NCBI GenBank assembly: GCA_946411835.1
Contig: CAMKFK010000001.1
Coordinates: 11,434 to 75,433 of the forward strand
DNA: 64,000 nt
Direction of reading: 5' to 3'
Source of the DNA: an uncultured Clostridia bacterium
GTDB lineage: Bacteria; Bacillota; Clostridia; Oscillospirales; Oscillospiraceae
In this document: piece by piece, positions 36,503 through 47,114 of the stretch
How positions within the stretch are numbered: the stretch's first letter is position 1
Layout of the letters: each line of letters begins with the position of its first letter
Made by a program: the position numbers and the translations under genes
Notes under the pieces: generated by a model
Databases searched by the model: none
Told to the model about the DNA's origin: nothing
Seen by the model: only the letters and a program-made list of their open reading frames with translations

Positions 36503-39500
36503 GTGCCAAGCAAGCTGCAAACCATCATTGACTACGCACAAAAGCTGACCGTAGACCTCGCTGAACAGCGCGGCGTCTGGCAGAGCTATCTGCTGACCGC
36601 CGCCCGCGTCTACAAATACCCGTTCCCGGAGCAACTTTTGATCTACGGACAGCGCCCCGACGCTACGGCCTGCGCGCCCATCGAGTTATGGAACGAGCGC
36701 ATGGGACGCTGGGTAAACCGCGGCGCAAAAGGCATCGCGCTGATTGACGACAGCGGCGAGCGTCCGCATCTCAAATACGTTTTTGACGTGTCCGACACCC
36801 ACCCCGGCAACTACCGCGCACTCACGCCGCGCCTCTGGCGCATGGAGCCGCAATTTCAAGACGCCACGGTGGAGGCGCTGGCAAACGCTTTTGGCAGTCC
36901 CGACGAGGCCGCGTCCTTTGCCGACCATATCATCGCCGTCAGTCGCATTGCCGCGCAGGATAACCTCGCGGATTACCTTGACGAGCTGCGGAACGTCCGA
37001 ACAGACAGCTTTTTGGAGGAGCTGGACGACCTCAATCTGGAAACCCGCTTCCGCAGGCTTTTGGCAAACAGCGTCGCGTTCACGGTTTTGACCCGTTGCG
37101 GCATCGACGCCGCGCAGTTTTTGGAGGCAGAGGACTTCGACGGGCTTTATGAGTTCAACACGTTCGATACCATGACCGTCCTCGGCACGGCGACCAGTGA
37201 TGTTTCCCGTATGCTGCTGCTGGAGATCGAGCGCACCATCAACGGCATCAACCGTCAAAAATTTGCAAACCGCGAGCAAAGCGGTTATTCTGCAAGCAAG
37301 GAAGCAAAACAACAACCCGCCGAGAAAGAAAAGGAGGTAGGCGACTATGACACAAACGCTGACGTACACGACGAAGGGCGAGTATCAGTATCCCGACCTG
37401 ACACTCCCGGAGCAGACGGAGGAGATGCCGCTGGGCAAGTACGGTCTGATGCACAAGAAGTACCTCAAGCAGAGCAAGCCGGCGACGTACAACCGCCTGC
37501 TGCTGTCCGGGAAGCTGACGGCGCATTTGGTGGAAATCGACCGGCAGGCGACGGAGATGGTATCCTCGCTGACGGCGCAGATGGCGCGCTCGGAGGGCGT
37601 GACGGAGAGCATGAAGGCGACGGATCAGATGTTGTGGGTACAGCGCATGAACAACATCCGGCAGAGGGCGGAGGAGATCGCTACGAGGCAACTGATCTAC
37701 AACTGAGCCATCACGATTTCGGCACACCGTCTGAAATACCCTATTACTACCACGACGCGGAGAAAAACGAGCTGCTCCGCACCAGCGACGCACTAAAAGA
37801 TCATAGAGCAGAGATTGCCGCATTCTTTGCCGTCCATGAGGACAGCGAGGAACGCGGCAATTTCATTCGCTCGTTCTTTGACAATACCTTTGTTGAGAAA
37901 ATCCTAAGCAACGACCAACGCGCCGGCTATCGCGCCTACGCGGACGTTTTGAACCTCTGGCGCGGCGATTACCTCACCCGCGAAAGGGAGGACTTCATGC
38001 GCTGGACGCAGGTGGCAGATAGCATCTACGGCATGATGCTCCTCGACCAATGGCTTGACCCCGGCGAAAAGCTCGCCCCGGCAACGCATGAGCAGTTGAC
38101 GCTGATCGCGGAGGCGGCAGCGGACAAGGACAACGCCTTTGCCTTGCCGCAGGAGGCGGTCGATTACATCCTCACCGCCATCGGCAGGTATCAGAAATTC
38201 CGCATCTATGAGTATTTCCAGCAAAAGAACCCCGCAGCGGACAATATCAAGTATCTGAAAAGCACCTATGGCGAGGGCGGACATTCCGATGCCATCCCCG
38301 GCAGCGGCTATTGGGAGGATCACGGCAGCAAGGGCATCACCATCTCCAACCACTACGGCGAGGACAAAGGCGAGATCGTCCTGTCATGGAAACGTGTGGA
38401 GAAGCGCATCGGTGAGCTGATTGCCGCCGACCGCTATTTCAGCCGCGCGGACAAGGAGGCGTACCCGGAATACCGGCGCGAGGAAGAAGCGCGGGCGGCG
38501 CGGCGAGCCGTTTCCAAAGAGTTTGACGCCATCATCGACGAATATATGAAGTTTATCGAGGGCATTGGCGAGCAGAGCAAGCTCGTTGATCGGTGGCAAC
38601 TCGTTTCCTGCACCAGCGCCTTTTCAGCGGGCGAGAAAAAGATGCACGCCCGCACAGCCGAAGGCGATTTCATACTTCCCATGATGCGGCAGGCTATGCA
38701 GACCATCATCGCGGAAAAGACGCCCTTCACGGAACGCTGCGAGGCCATGCTGACCGCATTGGACGGCGACCTCGCAAAACCGCTGGAGCCGACGTATGAG
38801 GAACTGAACCCACCGCCCCCGCCGAAGAAAGAATACCGCTTTTCCCTCGGTGACACGGTATATCTCGGAACAGAGGAATATGAGCTGCTGGCTTATGACG
38901 AGCAGGAAGTCCGGCTCTATGACGTGGAGTATCCCTTGTTCAACAAAACCATGCCCCGCGAGGAGTTTGACCGCAAGATTGCAGAAAACCCGCAGAACGA
39001 CCACCTGCTTGTCGTTGTGGAGGAGCAGGGTGCGCCCGTCGCCGCGGCCCCGGAGGATGCCGCCAAGAAGTATGATTTGGGCTATGGCGCTATGGGCAAC
39101 GGTTTTGCGGTCTGGAATCGGCTGGAGGAAGAAAACGGTGACTACAAGACGGTTGCCCAAATCAACAGCGACCGAAGCGTCGTGTTCTATGATGTGGATA
39201 TGCCGGAGAGTGTCAAGGCACAGATCCGCGACGTTGCGGCGAAGGACACATCTGTTTTGGCTCCGCCAAGCCCCGCGAGGGAGCAGAAAGCACCCGGAGG
39301 TGATCTTTGGCAGGCGTATAGCAGCGTCAAAGCCGAGCATAGCAGCGCAATCGTGCTTTATCAGGTCGGTGACTTCTATGAGGTGCTGGGCGAGGACGCC
39401 CACATCGCAGCGGAGGCGCTGGACATTACCCTGACCACTCGAAACGTAGGGCTGAAAGAGCGTGTACCGATGTGCGGCATTCCCGTGAAATCGGGGCAAA

Positions 39501-42500
39501 CACCGCTCAATATACTGCTGGAGCGCGGGCATGACGTTTTCGTTGTGGATGACGCCGGAGGGACTTATCCCCTGACGTCCTATCATAAAGACGCGCCGAT
39601 TGCCTCTCGCCCGGTCGGTCGTATTGACTATCCCGACAAAGACGGCAAGATCGAATATACCAGCGAATACACGGACGAACAGCAATTCGTGCGCGACGCC
39701 GAGGACGATAGCCGCAACGGTCTTGCTATGAACATTGTCGTCTACCGCGATAAAGAGGGACGCACCATTCCAACCGACTTTGTGGAACGGCTTGCCTCGC
39801 CGCCGCGGAGCTTTATCATCGCAGACTATGAGCAGGAGCGCGCGGAAACATCGCTGGATCGCGCGAAGAAGCTGATCGACGAATACTGCGAGCGTGAGTT
39901 TGGCGCAGCCGGCGACTATGAGGATTTAACGAAAGTGCCTATCGCGCATACCACGATTGGGGACAAGGAAATCATCTTCCAAGCCTACGCCGACCTCATA
40001 AACTGCCGTATTGACCGCTATCTGGACGGTAATCTGGTGGATCGCCGTGAGTACGATTGTCTGGAGGACATGATCGACGCGGAACTGGAGGAGCTTGACT
40101 TTGCGGAGCTGGTCTTCTTAACCAACGAACAGCTTGACGCGGCAAGAACAGCCGCGAGCGTCCCAGCCCCCGCGCCCGTTGACCGCAGCGACGAAATGCT
40201 CCAGCAGGCCATGCTTGCGGCGGAGCTGTCCGAACAGACCGGGCAAAACGTGTTTGCCTTTGAGGAGGGCAGCTTGCAGCCGGTCAACGCGCCGTTGCCC
40301 GCCGTACCCGCCGAAAAAGAAGAAGCGCCCACGCTCGCGCCGCCTGCGCCGCGCAAGCGTGAAAAGGTATCCTCTTTCGCACTGCACCCGGAAATCCCCA
40401 CGGCGCAGCGCCATGAGCACCGCATCACCGACGATCAACTCGGCGTCGGAACGCCGAGCGAACGCTACGAGCGCAACGTCGCCGCCATCCGTACCCTCAA
40501 ACGAATTGAGGGCGAGGATCGTCTGGCAACGCCGGAGGAGCAGACCGTCCTCGCGCAGTACGTCGGCTGGGGTGGGCTTGCGGATTGCTTTGACGACCGC
40601 AACAGCCACTATGCCGAGCTGAAAGCCCTCTTGACCGACGAGGAATACGCCGCGGCGCGCGAATCCACGCTGACGGCGTTCTACACGCCCCCGACCGTCA
40701 TCCGCGCCGTCTACAAGGCGCTGGACAACATGGGCTTTCAGAGCGGCAACATCTTGGAGCCGTCCTGCGGCGTCGGCAACTTCCTCGGCATGAAGCCCGA
40801 AAAGCTGGCGGACTCCAAAATCTACGGCATCGAGCTGGACAGCATCAGCGGACGCATCGCGCGGCAGCTCTATCAGCAGTCCTCCATCGCCGTGCAGGGC
40901 TATGAGAAAACCGACATCCCCGACAGCTTCTTTGACGTCGCCCTCGGCAACGTGCCGTTCGGCAGCTTCAAGGTGTCGGATAAGCGGTACGACCGCCACA
41001 ACTTCCTCATTCACGACTATTTCTTTGCCCGGACGCTGGATAAGGTCAGACCGGGCGGCATCATCGCCTTCATCACGTCGAAAGGCACGATGGATAAGGA
41101 GAGCATCGGCGTCCGCAAATACATCGCGCAGCGCGCCGACCTGCTGGGCGCGATCCGCCTGCCCAACACCACTTTCAAGGGCGCAGCCGGCACGGAGGTC
41201 ACGTCGGACATCATCTTTCTCCAGAAGCGCGACACGCTCATGGACATCATGCCCGATTGGGTACATCTCGGCAAAGATGAGAACGGGCTGACGATGAATC
41301 AGTATTTCATCGACCACCCCGAAATGATCCTGGGCGAAATGCGCGAGGTCAGCGGCCCCTATGGGCCGGAAACGGCCTGTTTCCCCTATGACGACCGCGA
41401 CCTCGATACGCTGCTTTCCGAGGCCATCCAGAACATCAATGGCGACATTGGTGAGTATGCGGTCGAGGAACTGGCGGAGGACGAGGAAGATCGCTCCATC
41501 CCCGCTGACCCCACCGTGCGGAATTTCAGCTATACCATTGTGGATGGCAAGGTCTACTATCGGCAGGATAGCCGCATGGTGCCGTCCGACGTGTCCGCCA
41601 CAGCGGAAAGCCGTATCAAAGGCTTAATCGGCATCCGGGATTGTGTGCGGACGCTGATCGAGTACCAGACCGAGGACTACCCCGACAGCATGATCGCCGC
41701 GGAGCAGCAGCGCCTTAACCGGCTCTATGACGCCTTTGTGAAGCACTACGGGCGTATCAACTCACGCGCCAACAACAGCGCCTTCAACTCGGACAGCGCC
41801 TATTTCCTCTTGTCCTCGCTGGAGGTCATGGACGACGAGGGCAACTTCGTCCGCAAGGCCGATATGTTCTCCAAGCGCACCATTAAGCAGCGCGTGGTCG
41901 TCACCAGCGTCGATACCGCGTCCGAGGCGCTCGCCCTCTCCCTTGCCGAGAAAGCACGGATCGACATGGAGTATATGTCGGAGCTGACCGGCAAGAGCGA
42001 GGAAGAGATATTCTCCGACCTCAAAGGCGTCATTTTCCTGAATCCCATGCACACCGGCGAGGACAGCGCCAACCCCAAGTACCTGACCGCCGACGAATAC
42101 CTGTCCGGCAACGTGCGCGAAAAGCTCCAATGGGCGAAGCGCAGCGCGGAGCTGTACCCCGACGATTACGCGCCTAACGTGCAGGCGCTGGAAGCCGTGC
42201 AGCCCGCCGATTTGACTGCGGCGGAGATCTCCGTGCGGCTCGGCGCGACGTGGCTCCCGACCGACGTGGTGGAGCAGTTTATCTACGAGCTGTTCAGCAC
42301 CCCGCGCTACGCCCAATGGAAAATCAAGGTGCATTACTCGCAGTACACCGGCGACTGGAACGTGGAGAACAAGAACTATGACCGGGGCAACGTCAAGGCG
42401 CTCAGTACCTACGGTACGACCCGCATCAACGGCTATAAGATCGTCGAGGAAACGCTGAACCTGCGCACCGTCCGCATCTTTGACTATGTGATCGAGCCGG

Positions 42501-45199
42501 ACGGCAAGCGCACCCCCGTCCTCAACAAGAAAGAAACTGCCATCGCGCAGGGCAAGCAAGAGCTGATCAAGCAGGCGTTTCAAGAATGGATATGGGCAGA
42601 CCAGCCCCGCCGCGAGCGCCTTTGCAAGCTCTATAACGAGAAATTCAACGCCACCCGCCCCCGCGAGTACGACGGAAGCCACCTCAACTTTGTGGGCATC
42701 AACCCGGAGATCACGCTGCGCCCGCACCAAGTCAACGCCATCGCGCATATCCTCTACGGCGGCAACACGCTTCTCGCCCACGTCGTCGGCGCGGGCAAGA
42801 CCTTTGAAATGGTCGCCGCGGCGCAGGAAAGCAAGCGCCTCGGCCTTTGCCAAAAGTCCCTGTTTGTCGTTCCCAACCACTTGACGGAGCAATGGGCGGC
42901 GGAGTATTTGCAGCTCTATCCAAGCGCCAATATCCTTGTCGCCACGAAAAAGGACTTTGAAACGAAAAACCGCAAGCGTTTCTGCGGGCGCATTGCCACC
43001 GGCGACTACGACGCCATCATCATCGGGCATAGTCAGTTTGAGAAGATACCCATGTCCGCGGAGCGGCAGCGCGCCCTGCTGGAACAGCAGATGGACGAGA
43101 TCATGGCGGGCATCGCGGAGCTGAAAGAGAACCACGGCGAACGGTTTTCCATCAAGCAGATGGAGCGCACGAAGAAGTCCATTCAGTTGAAGCTCGACAA
43201 GCTGAACGACACCAGCCGGAAAGATGATGTGGTCACGTTTGAGGAGCTGGGCGTCGATAGGCTCTTTGTGGACGAGGCGCATTATTACAAGAATTTGGCG
43301 GCGTTTTCCAAAATGCGGAACGTGGGCGGCATCAGCCAGACCGAGGCGCAGAAGTCCAGCGACCTCTACATGAAATGCCGCTACCTCGACGAGCTGACGG
43401 GCGGGCGCGGCGTCGTGTTCGCTACGGGGACGCCGATCAGCAACAGCATGGTCGAGCTTTACACTATGCAGAAGTATCTCCAATACGGTACGCTCGCCCG
43501 GAAAGGGCTGCTGCACTTCGACAGTTGGGCGTCCACATTTGGGGAAACCGTGACCGCCATTGAGCTTGCCCCGGAGGGCAGCGGCTACCGCGCCAAGACG
43601 CGCTTTGCCAAGTTCTACAACCTGCCGGAGCTGATGTCGATGTTCAAGGAGGTCGCGGACATTCAGACGGCGGATATGCTCAAACTCCCCGTGCCGAAAG
43701 CCAACTATCACAACGTCGTGCTGAAACCGTCCGAGCATCAAAAGGAGATGGTCGCGGGACTTTCCGAACGCGCCGAAAAGGTGAGAAACCGGGAAGTCGC
43801 GCCCGAAGTCGATAATATGCTCAAAATCACAAACGACGGGCGCAAGCTGGCGCTCGACCAGCGCCTCATGTCGGAGCTGCTGCCCGACAGCGACACCGGC
43901 AAGGTCGCCGCCTGCGCCGCCGATGTGTTCGACACATGGCAGCGCACCGCAGAGCAGCGTTCGGCGCAGATGATTTTCTGCGACCTCTCCACGCCCCACG
44001 GCGACGGGCAGTTTAACGTCTACGACGACCTGCGGGACAAGTTGATCACAAAGGGCATCCCCGCGGAGGAAATCGCGTACATCCATAACGCCAAGAGCGA
44101 GGCGCAGAAAAAGGAGCTGTTCGGCAAAGTCCGTAGCGGACAGATCCGCGTTCTGATCGGCTCCACGCAGAAGATGGGAGCCGGCACCAACGCGCAGCGC
44201 AAGCTGATCGCCCTCTATCATTTGGATTGTCCGTGGCGACCGGCAGACTTGCAGCAGCGCGAGGGGCGCATTATCCGGCAGGGCAACGAAAACGACGAGG
44301 TGGAGATCACCACCTACGTCACCGAAAACACCTTTGACAGCTATCTCTATCAGTTGGTCGAGGGCAAGCAGAAGTTTATCGGGCAGATCATGACGAGCAA
44401 ATCGCCCGTCCGCTCCGCCGAGGACATCGACGAAACGGCGCTTTCCTACGCCGAGATCAAGGCGCTCTGCACCGGCAACCCGCATATCAAGGAAAAGATG
44501 GACTTGGACATTGACGTGCAGCGGCTCAAACTGCTGAAATCCAGCTATTTGAGCCAAAAGTACGCGCTGGAGGATCAGATCGTCAAGAGCTTCCCGCAGC
44601 AGATCAGCGCACTGGAGCAGCGCATTGAGGGCTACACGGCGGATATGGCCCGCGTTGCCGAGAACACCCACCCCAACGACGACGGCTTTTCCCCGATGGT
44701 GATTGAGGGCAAGACCTACACCGAGAAAAAAGCGGCAGGCTCCGCGATTTTGGAAGTCTGCCACAATATGACCAGCCCCGATCCTGTCCCTCTCGGACAG
44801 TACCGGGGCTTTGATATGGTGGTGAGCTTTGACAGTCTTGCCCGTGAATACCGTATCACGCTCAAAGGTGAAATGCACTACGCCGTTTCTCTCGGCACGG
44901 ACATCTACGGCAATATCCAGCGTCTTGACAACCTGCTTTCCGTGTTGGAGGAACGGCGAACCGCTTGCGTCGAACAGCTTGAAAACGTAAAAGTGCAGCT
45001 TGATAGTGCTAAAGAGCAGGTAGCGCGCCCATTCCCGCAGGAGGAGGAACTGAAAACCAAATCCGCGCGGCTGGACGAGCTGAACATCCTGCTGGATATG
45101 GACAAAAAGGACAACGAGGTGCTGGACGACGGCGAGATCAGCGAGGAGGACGCCGAGCGCAACCAGCCGCAAAAGAAAGATCGTGGTATCGAACGGTAA
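36503..45199 (+). CDS. giant polyvalent protein: ArdC-like N-terminus, MutS-I-like domain, N6-adenine methyltransferase, SNF2/SF2 helicase (DarB-like)
   Basis: YKYPFPEQLLIYGQRPDATACA; LYQVGDFYEVLG; LEPSCGVGNF and GNVPF; AHVVGAGKT, DEAH. Confidence 0.9.
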   Translation: MPSKLQTIIDYAQKLTVDLAEQRGVWQSYLLTAARVYKYPFPEQLLIYGQRPDATACAPIELWNERMGRWVNRGAKGIALIDDSGERPHLKYVFDVSDTHPGNYRALTPRLWRMEPQFQDATVEALANAFGSPDEAASFADHIIAVSRIAAQDNLADYLDELRNVRTDSFLEELDDLNLETRFRRLLANSVAFTVLTRCGIDAAQFLEAEDFDGLYEFNTFDTMTVLGTATSDVSRMLLLEIERTINGINRQKFANREQSGYSASKEAKQQPAEKEKEVGDYDTNADVHDEGRVSVSRPDTPGADGGDAAGQVRSDAQEVPQAEQAGDVQPPAAVREADGAFGGNRPAGDGDGILADGADGALGGRDGEHEGDGSDVVGTAHEQHPAEGGGDRYEATDLQLSHHDFGTPSEIPYYYHDAEKNELLRTSDALKDHRAEIAAFFAVHEDSEERGNFIRSFFDNTFVEKILSNDQRAGYRAYADVLNLWRGDYLTREREDFMRWTQVADSIYGMMLLDQWLDPGEKLAPATHEQLTLIAEAAADKDNAFALPQEAVDYILTAIGRYQKFRIYEYFQQKNPAADNIKYLKSTYGEGGHSDAIPGSGYWEDHGSKGITISNHYGEDKGEIVLSWKRVEKRIGELIAADRYFSRADKEAYPEYRREEEARAARRAVSKEFDAIIDEYMKFIEGIGEQSKLVDRWQLVSCTSAFSAGEKKMHARTAEGDFILPMMRQAMQTIIAEKTPFTERCEAMLTALDGDLAKPLEPTYEELNPPPPPKKEYRFSLGDTVYLGTEEYELLAYDEQEVRLYDVEYPLFNKTMPREEFDRKIAENPQNDHLLVVVEEQGAPVAAAPEDAAKKYDLGYGAMGNGFAVWNRLEEENGDYKTVAQINSDRSVVFYDVDMPESVKAQIRDVAAKDTSVLAPPSPAREQKAPGGDLWQAYSSVKAEHSSAIVLYQVGDFYEVLGEDAHIAAEALDITLTTRNVGLKERVPMCGIPVKSGQTPLNILLERGHDVFVVDDAGGTYPLTSYHKDAPIASRPVGRIDYPDKDGKIEYTSEYTDEQQFVRDAEDDSRNGLAMNIVVYRDKEGRTIPTDFVERLASPPRSFIIADYEQERAETSLDRAKKLIDEYCEREFGAAGDYEDLTKVPIAHTTIGDKEIIFQAYADLINCRIDRYLDGNLVDRREYDCLEDMIDAELEELDFAELVFLTNEQLDAARTAASVPAPAPVDRSDEMLQQAMLAAELSEQTGQNVFAFEEGSLQPVNAPLPAVPAEKEEAPTLAPPAPRKREKVSSFALHPEIPTAQRHEHRITDDQLGVGTPSERYERNVAAIRTLKRIEGEDRLATPEEQTVLAQYVGWGGLADCFDDRNSHYAELKALLTDEEYAAARESTLTAFYTPPTVIRAVYKALDNMGFQSGNILEPSCGVGNFLGMKPEKLADSKIYGIELDSISGRIARQLYQQSSIAVQGYEKTDIPDSFFDVALGNVPFGSFKVSDKRYDRHNFLIHDYFFARTLDKVRPGGIIAFITSKGTMDKESIGVRKYIAQRADLLGAIRLPNTTFKGAAGTEVTSDIIFLQKRDTLMDIMPDWVHLGKDENGLTMNQYFIDHPEMILGEMREVSGPYGPETACFPYDDRDLDTLLSEAIQNINGDIGEYAVEELAEDEEDRSIPADPTVRNFSYTIVDGKVYYRQDSRMVPSDVSATAESRIKGLIGIRDCVRTLIEYQTEDYPDSMIAAEQQRLNRLYDAFVKHYGRINSRANNSAFNSDSAYFLLSSLEVMDDEGNFVRKADMFSKRTIKQRVVVTSVDTASEALALSLAEKARIDMEYMSELTGKSEEEIFSDLKGVIFLNPMHTGEDSANPKYLTADEYLSGNVREKLQWAKRSAELYPDDYAPNVQALEAVQPADLTAAEISVRLGATWLPTDVVEQFIYELFSTPRYAQWKIKVHYSQYTGDWNVENKNYDRGNVKALSTYGTTRINGYKIVEETLNLRTVRIFDYVIEPDGKRTPVLNKKETAIAQGKQELIKQAFQEWIWADQPRRERLCKLYNEKFNATRPREYDGSHLNFVGINPEITLRPHQVNAIAHILYGGNTLLAHVVGAGKTFEMVAAAQESKRLGLCQKSLFVVPNHLTEQWAAEYLQLYPSANILVATKKDFETKNRKRFCGRIATGDYDAIIIGHSQFEKIPMSAERQRALLEQQMDEIMAGIAELKENHGERFSIKQMERTKKSIQLKLDKLNDTSRKDDVVTFEELGVDRLFVDEAHYYKNLAAFSKMRNVGGISQTEAQKSSDLYMKCRYLDELTGGRGVVFATGTPISNSMVELYTMQKYLQYGTLARKGLLHFDSWASTFGETVTAIELAPEGSGYRAKTRFAKFYNLPELMSMFKEVADIQTADMLKLPVPKANYHNVVLKPSEHQKEMVAGLSERAEKVRNREVAPEVDNMLKITNDGRKLALDQRLMSELLPDSDTGKVAACAADVFDTWQRTAEQRSAQMIFCDLSTPHGDGQFNVYDDLRDKLITKGIPAEEIAYIHNAKSEAQKKELFGKVRSGQIRVLIGSTQKMGAGTNAQRKLIALYHLDCPWRPADLQQREGRIIRQGNENDEVEITTYVTENTFDSYLYQLVEGKQKFIGQIMTSKSPVRSAEDIDETALSYAEIKALCTGNPHIKEKMDLDIDVQRLKLLKSSYLSQKYALEDQIVKSFPQQISALEQRIEGYTADMARVAENTHPNDDGFSPMVIEGKTYTEKKAAGSAILEVCHNMTSPDPVPLGQYRGFDMVVSFDSLAREYRITLKGEMHYAVSLGTDIYGNIQRLDNLLSVLEERRTACVEQLENVKVQLDSAKEQVARPFPQEEELKTKSARLDELNILLDMDKKDNEVLDDGEISEEDAERNQPQKKDRGIER
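37263..37291 (+). promoter_or_regulatory. internal sigma-A-type promoter for nested tnpV
   Basis: TTGCAA-N17-TATTCT; equivalent to 10660-10688. Confidence 0.6.
37347..37706 (+). CDS. tnpV: TnpV-family protein nested in the +1 frame of the giant gene
   Basis: LTYTTKGEYQYPDL...LGKYGLMHKKYL...LLSGKLTAHLVEIDRQA...GVTESMKATDQMLWVQRMNNIRQRAEE...LIYN; AAGGAGGT RBS. Confidence 0.85.
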   Translation: MTQTLTYTTKGEYQYPDLTLPEQTEEMPLGKYGLMHKKYLKQSKPATYNRLLLSGKLTAHLVEIDRQATEMVSSLTAQMARSEGVTESMKATDQMLWVQRMNNIRQRAEEIATRQLIYN

Positions 45200-45207
45200 A
45201 GGAGGTT

Positions 45208-45624
45208 TTGAACGCTATGGGATACCAAGAGAGTTTAGTGTATGTGCAGCCCCAATTCAATTTCAAGAAGCTGATCCGCGCCTATGAACGCGCCGAGCAG
45301 GAGGGCTATTACAACGTCGCCGGCGCGGAGCCGCGGTCGGTGGTGGTGCTGAAACAGCCCATCGGGGAGCTGCCCGCGGGCGCAAAGCTGTTATGGGTAT
45401 GCGGCGACCGCGGCTTTCACACGGTCGCTGGAACCTTCGGCGGGCATTTGAGTTGCCGAGGGAGAGTGCGGTTCATTCCCGCGGAGGAAGTGCTGGACGT
45501 CCCCAACAGCAAATACCTTGACGGCATCGACCTCGACAGCCCAAGTCCCAGCGAAAATGAGTACATGAGGCGTTTTAGCGCCGCCAACTACGCCCACCGC
45601 CTCCGCGCTGGGCTGGCGAGATAG
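45208..45624 (+). CDS. hypothetical protein
   Basis: AAGGAGG RBS; fills the operon gap; start may be ATG at 45217. Confidence 0.7.
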   Translation: MNAMGYQESLVYVQPQFNFKKLIRAYERAEQEGYYNVAGAEPRSVVVLKQPIGELPAGAKLLWVCGDRGFHTVAGTFGGHLSCRGRVRFIPAEEVLDVPNSKYLDGIDLDSPSPSENEYMRRFSAANYAHRLRAGLAR

Positions 45625-45638
45625 GAGGAGAGAGGGAT

Positions 45639-46004
45639 ATGAGTGCCAGAGAAACTTTAATTGTACAGCTCACAGAAAACTTAACCAAAGCATATTGTCA
45701 TGACCTCAATGCTGCACCCGCAAAGCTGAGTTTGTCAAAAGCCTATGAAATGGTTTATCGCAACGAAGCGTTGAAAACCTGTAGCCAGTGGAACACGCTG
45801 TCAAACAGGCAAATCAAGGCCCTGCTCTCAGTGCCGGCGCTTAGCAGCGAAATTTCCTTGAGAATAGACGGCACAAAGGAGCAGCGCCGCTTCTTTCTCG
45901 GAATTCTTTCGCAGATTGCTGATGATGAACTGTCAAAAGTCACGCAGGAAAAAAGGCAGTTACGGCGGAAGCAACTGTTAAAATCCGTTCCCCCGCAGCT
46001 TTGA
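45639..46004 (+). CDS. hypothetical protein, lower GC than flanks
   Basis: GGAGGAG RBS; in-operon ORF. Confidence 0.55.
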   Translation: MSARETLIVQLTENLTKAYCHDLNAAPAKLSLSKAYEMVYRNEALKTCSQWNTLSNRQIKALLSVPALSSEISLRIDGTKEQRRFFLGILSQIADDELSKVTQEKRQLRRKQLLKSVPPQL

Positions 46005-46013
46005 GGTCGCACT

Positions 46014-46970
46014 ATGCCATACTACGCAAAAGAAGAAATCGCCCGCGCCCGCGAGGTTGACCTGCTGACCTACCTGCAACGCTGCGAGCCGAATGAGCTT
46101 GTCCACGTCGGCGGCAACGTCTACTCCACCCGCACCCATGACTCGCTGAAAATCTCCAACGGTATGTGGTGCTGGTGGTCGCGCGGGATAGGCGGTAAGA
46201 CTGCGCTGGACTATCTGATCAAGGTCTGCAACATGACCTTGCCCGATGCCATCAACGCCATCGCGGGCGCGCCTCGCAGCAGCGCCCCGGCTTACGCGCA
46301 AATGCCGCAGCCGCCCCCCGCTTTTGAACTGCCGCCGAAACACGCCGACAACCGGCGTGTTTTTTCATACCTGCGAAGTCGCGGCATCGACCCGGAGATT
46401 ATCAACCATTGCATCAAGAGCGGACAGCTCTACGAGGACGCCGTGCATCACAACTGCGTCTTTGTCGGCTTTGAGGGCGACACGCCGCGCTACGGCGCGC
46501 TGCGCGGAACGCTCTCGCAATCGACCTTCGTGGGCGATGTTCCAGGCAGCGACAAGCGGTTTTCGTTCGCCGTGCCGATCAAGGCGGGCGGCAACAGCGC
46601 CCTCTGCGTCTTTGAGTGCGCCATCGACGCGCTCTCCTATCTCACGCTGCTGAAAATGCAGGGGCGCGACTGGCGCAAGGCCAACTGTCTGTCCCTTGCC
46701 GGCGTCTACCAGCCCAAGCACGGCGGCGAGATGAAATTCCCGCTTGCCCTCGGACAGTACCTTGCGGACAACCGACAAATCCAGAAGATCATTCTCTGTC
46801 TGGACGACGACGAGCCGGGGCGCATCGCTGCGCGGGCAATCCGTTCGCGGCTGGACGCATACGAGGTGGTGGACAACCCGCCCCGGCGCGGCAAGGACTA
46901 CAACGAGCTGCTGCAACTGACAAAGGGCATCGCCGGACGTGTGAAAACGCGCGGCGGCGACGCGCGATGA
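46014..46970 (+). CDS. DUF3991 + Toprim domain primase-like protein
   Basis: HDSLKIS...WCWWSRGIGGKTALDYL; VFECAIDALS; LCLDDDEPG; KDYNE. Confidence 0.85.
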   Translation: MPYYAKEEIARAREVDLLTYLQRCEPNELVHVGGNVYSTRTHDSLKISNGMWCWWSRGIGGKTALDYLIKVCNMTLPDAINAIAGAPRSSAPAYAQMPQPPPAFELPPKHADNRRVFSYLRSRGIDPEIINHCIKSGQLYEDAVHHNCVFVGFEGDTPRYGALRGTLSQSTFVGDVPGSDKRFSFAVPIKAGGNSALCVFECAIDALSYLTLLKMQGRDWRKANCLSLAGVYQPKHGGEMKFPLALGQYLADNRQIQKIILCLDDDEPGRIAARAIRSRLDAYEVVDNPPRRGKDYNELLQLTKGIAGRVKTRGGDAR

Positions 46971-46990
46971 TTTCTTTTTCGGACGGTGGT

Positions 46991-47087
46991 GGATTGCAGC
47001 GCAGCCTTCGGCTGCGTTGCAGTCGCAAGCATAGCATTTGGCCGTCCAAATGCGCTTGTTAGGTGGGCAAGCCCCCCTAAAACCCCC
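46991..47087. other. putative oriT (stacked inverted repeats upstream of mobC)
   Basis: Hairpins GATTGCAGCGCAGCC/GGCTGCGTTGCAGTC, GCATTTGG/CCAAATGC and GCTTG/CAAGC; TATGCTTGCG on the minus strand resembles MOB_P nic sites. Confidence 0.55.
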
Positions 47088-47114
47088 GTGCCGCACTGAA
47101 AGGAGGAAGCCCAT

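Noticed and set aside
40600-41300. Restriction-modification or DISARM/BREX defence system based on the methylase plus helicase
   Set aside because: The domains are fused in the ICE polyvalent (DarB-like) architecture, with no specificity subunit or partner defence genes.
40118-45172. Long minus-strand ORFs (399 aa, 1136 aa) opposite the right giant gene
   Set aside because: Antisense shadows; the equivalent frame is fragmented in the left paralog, unlike the nested tnpV.
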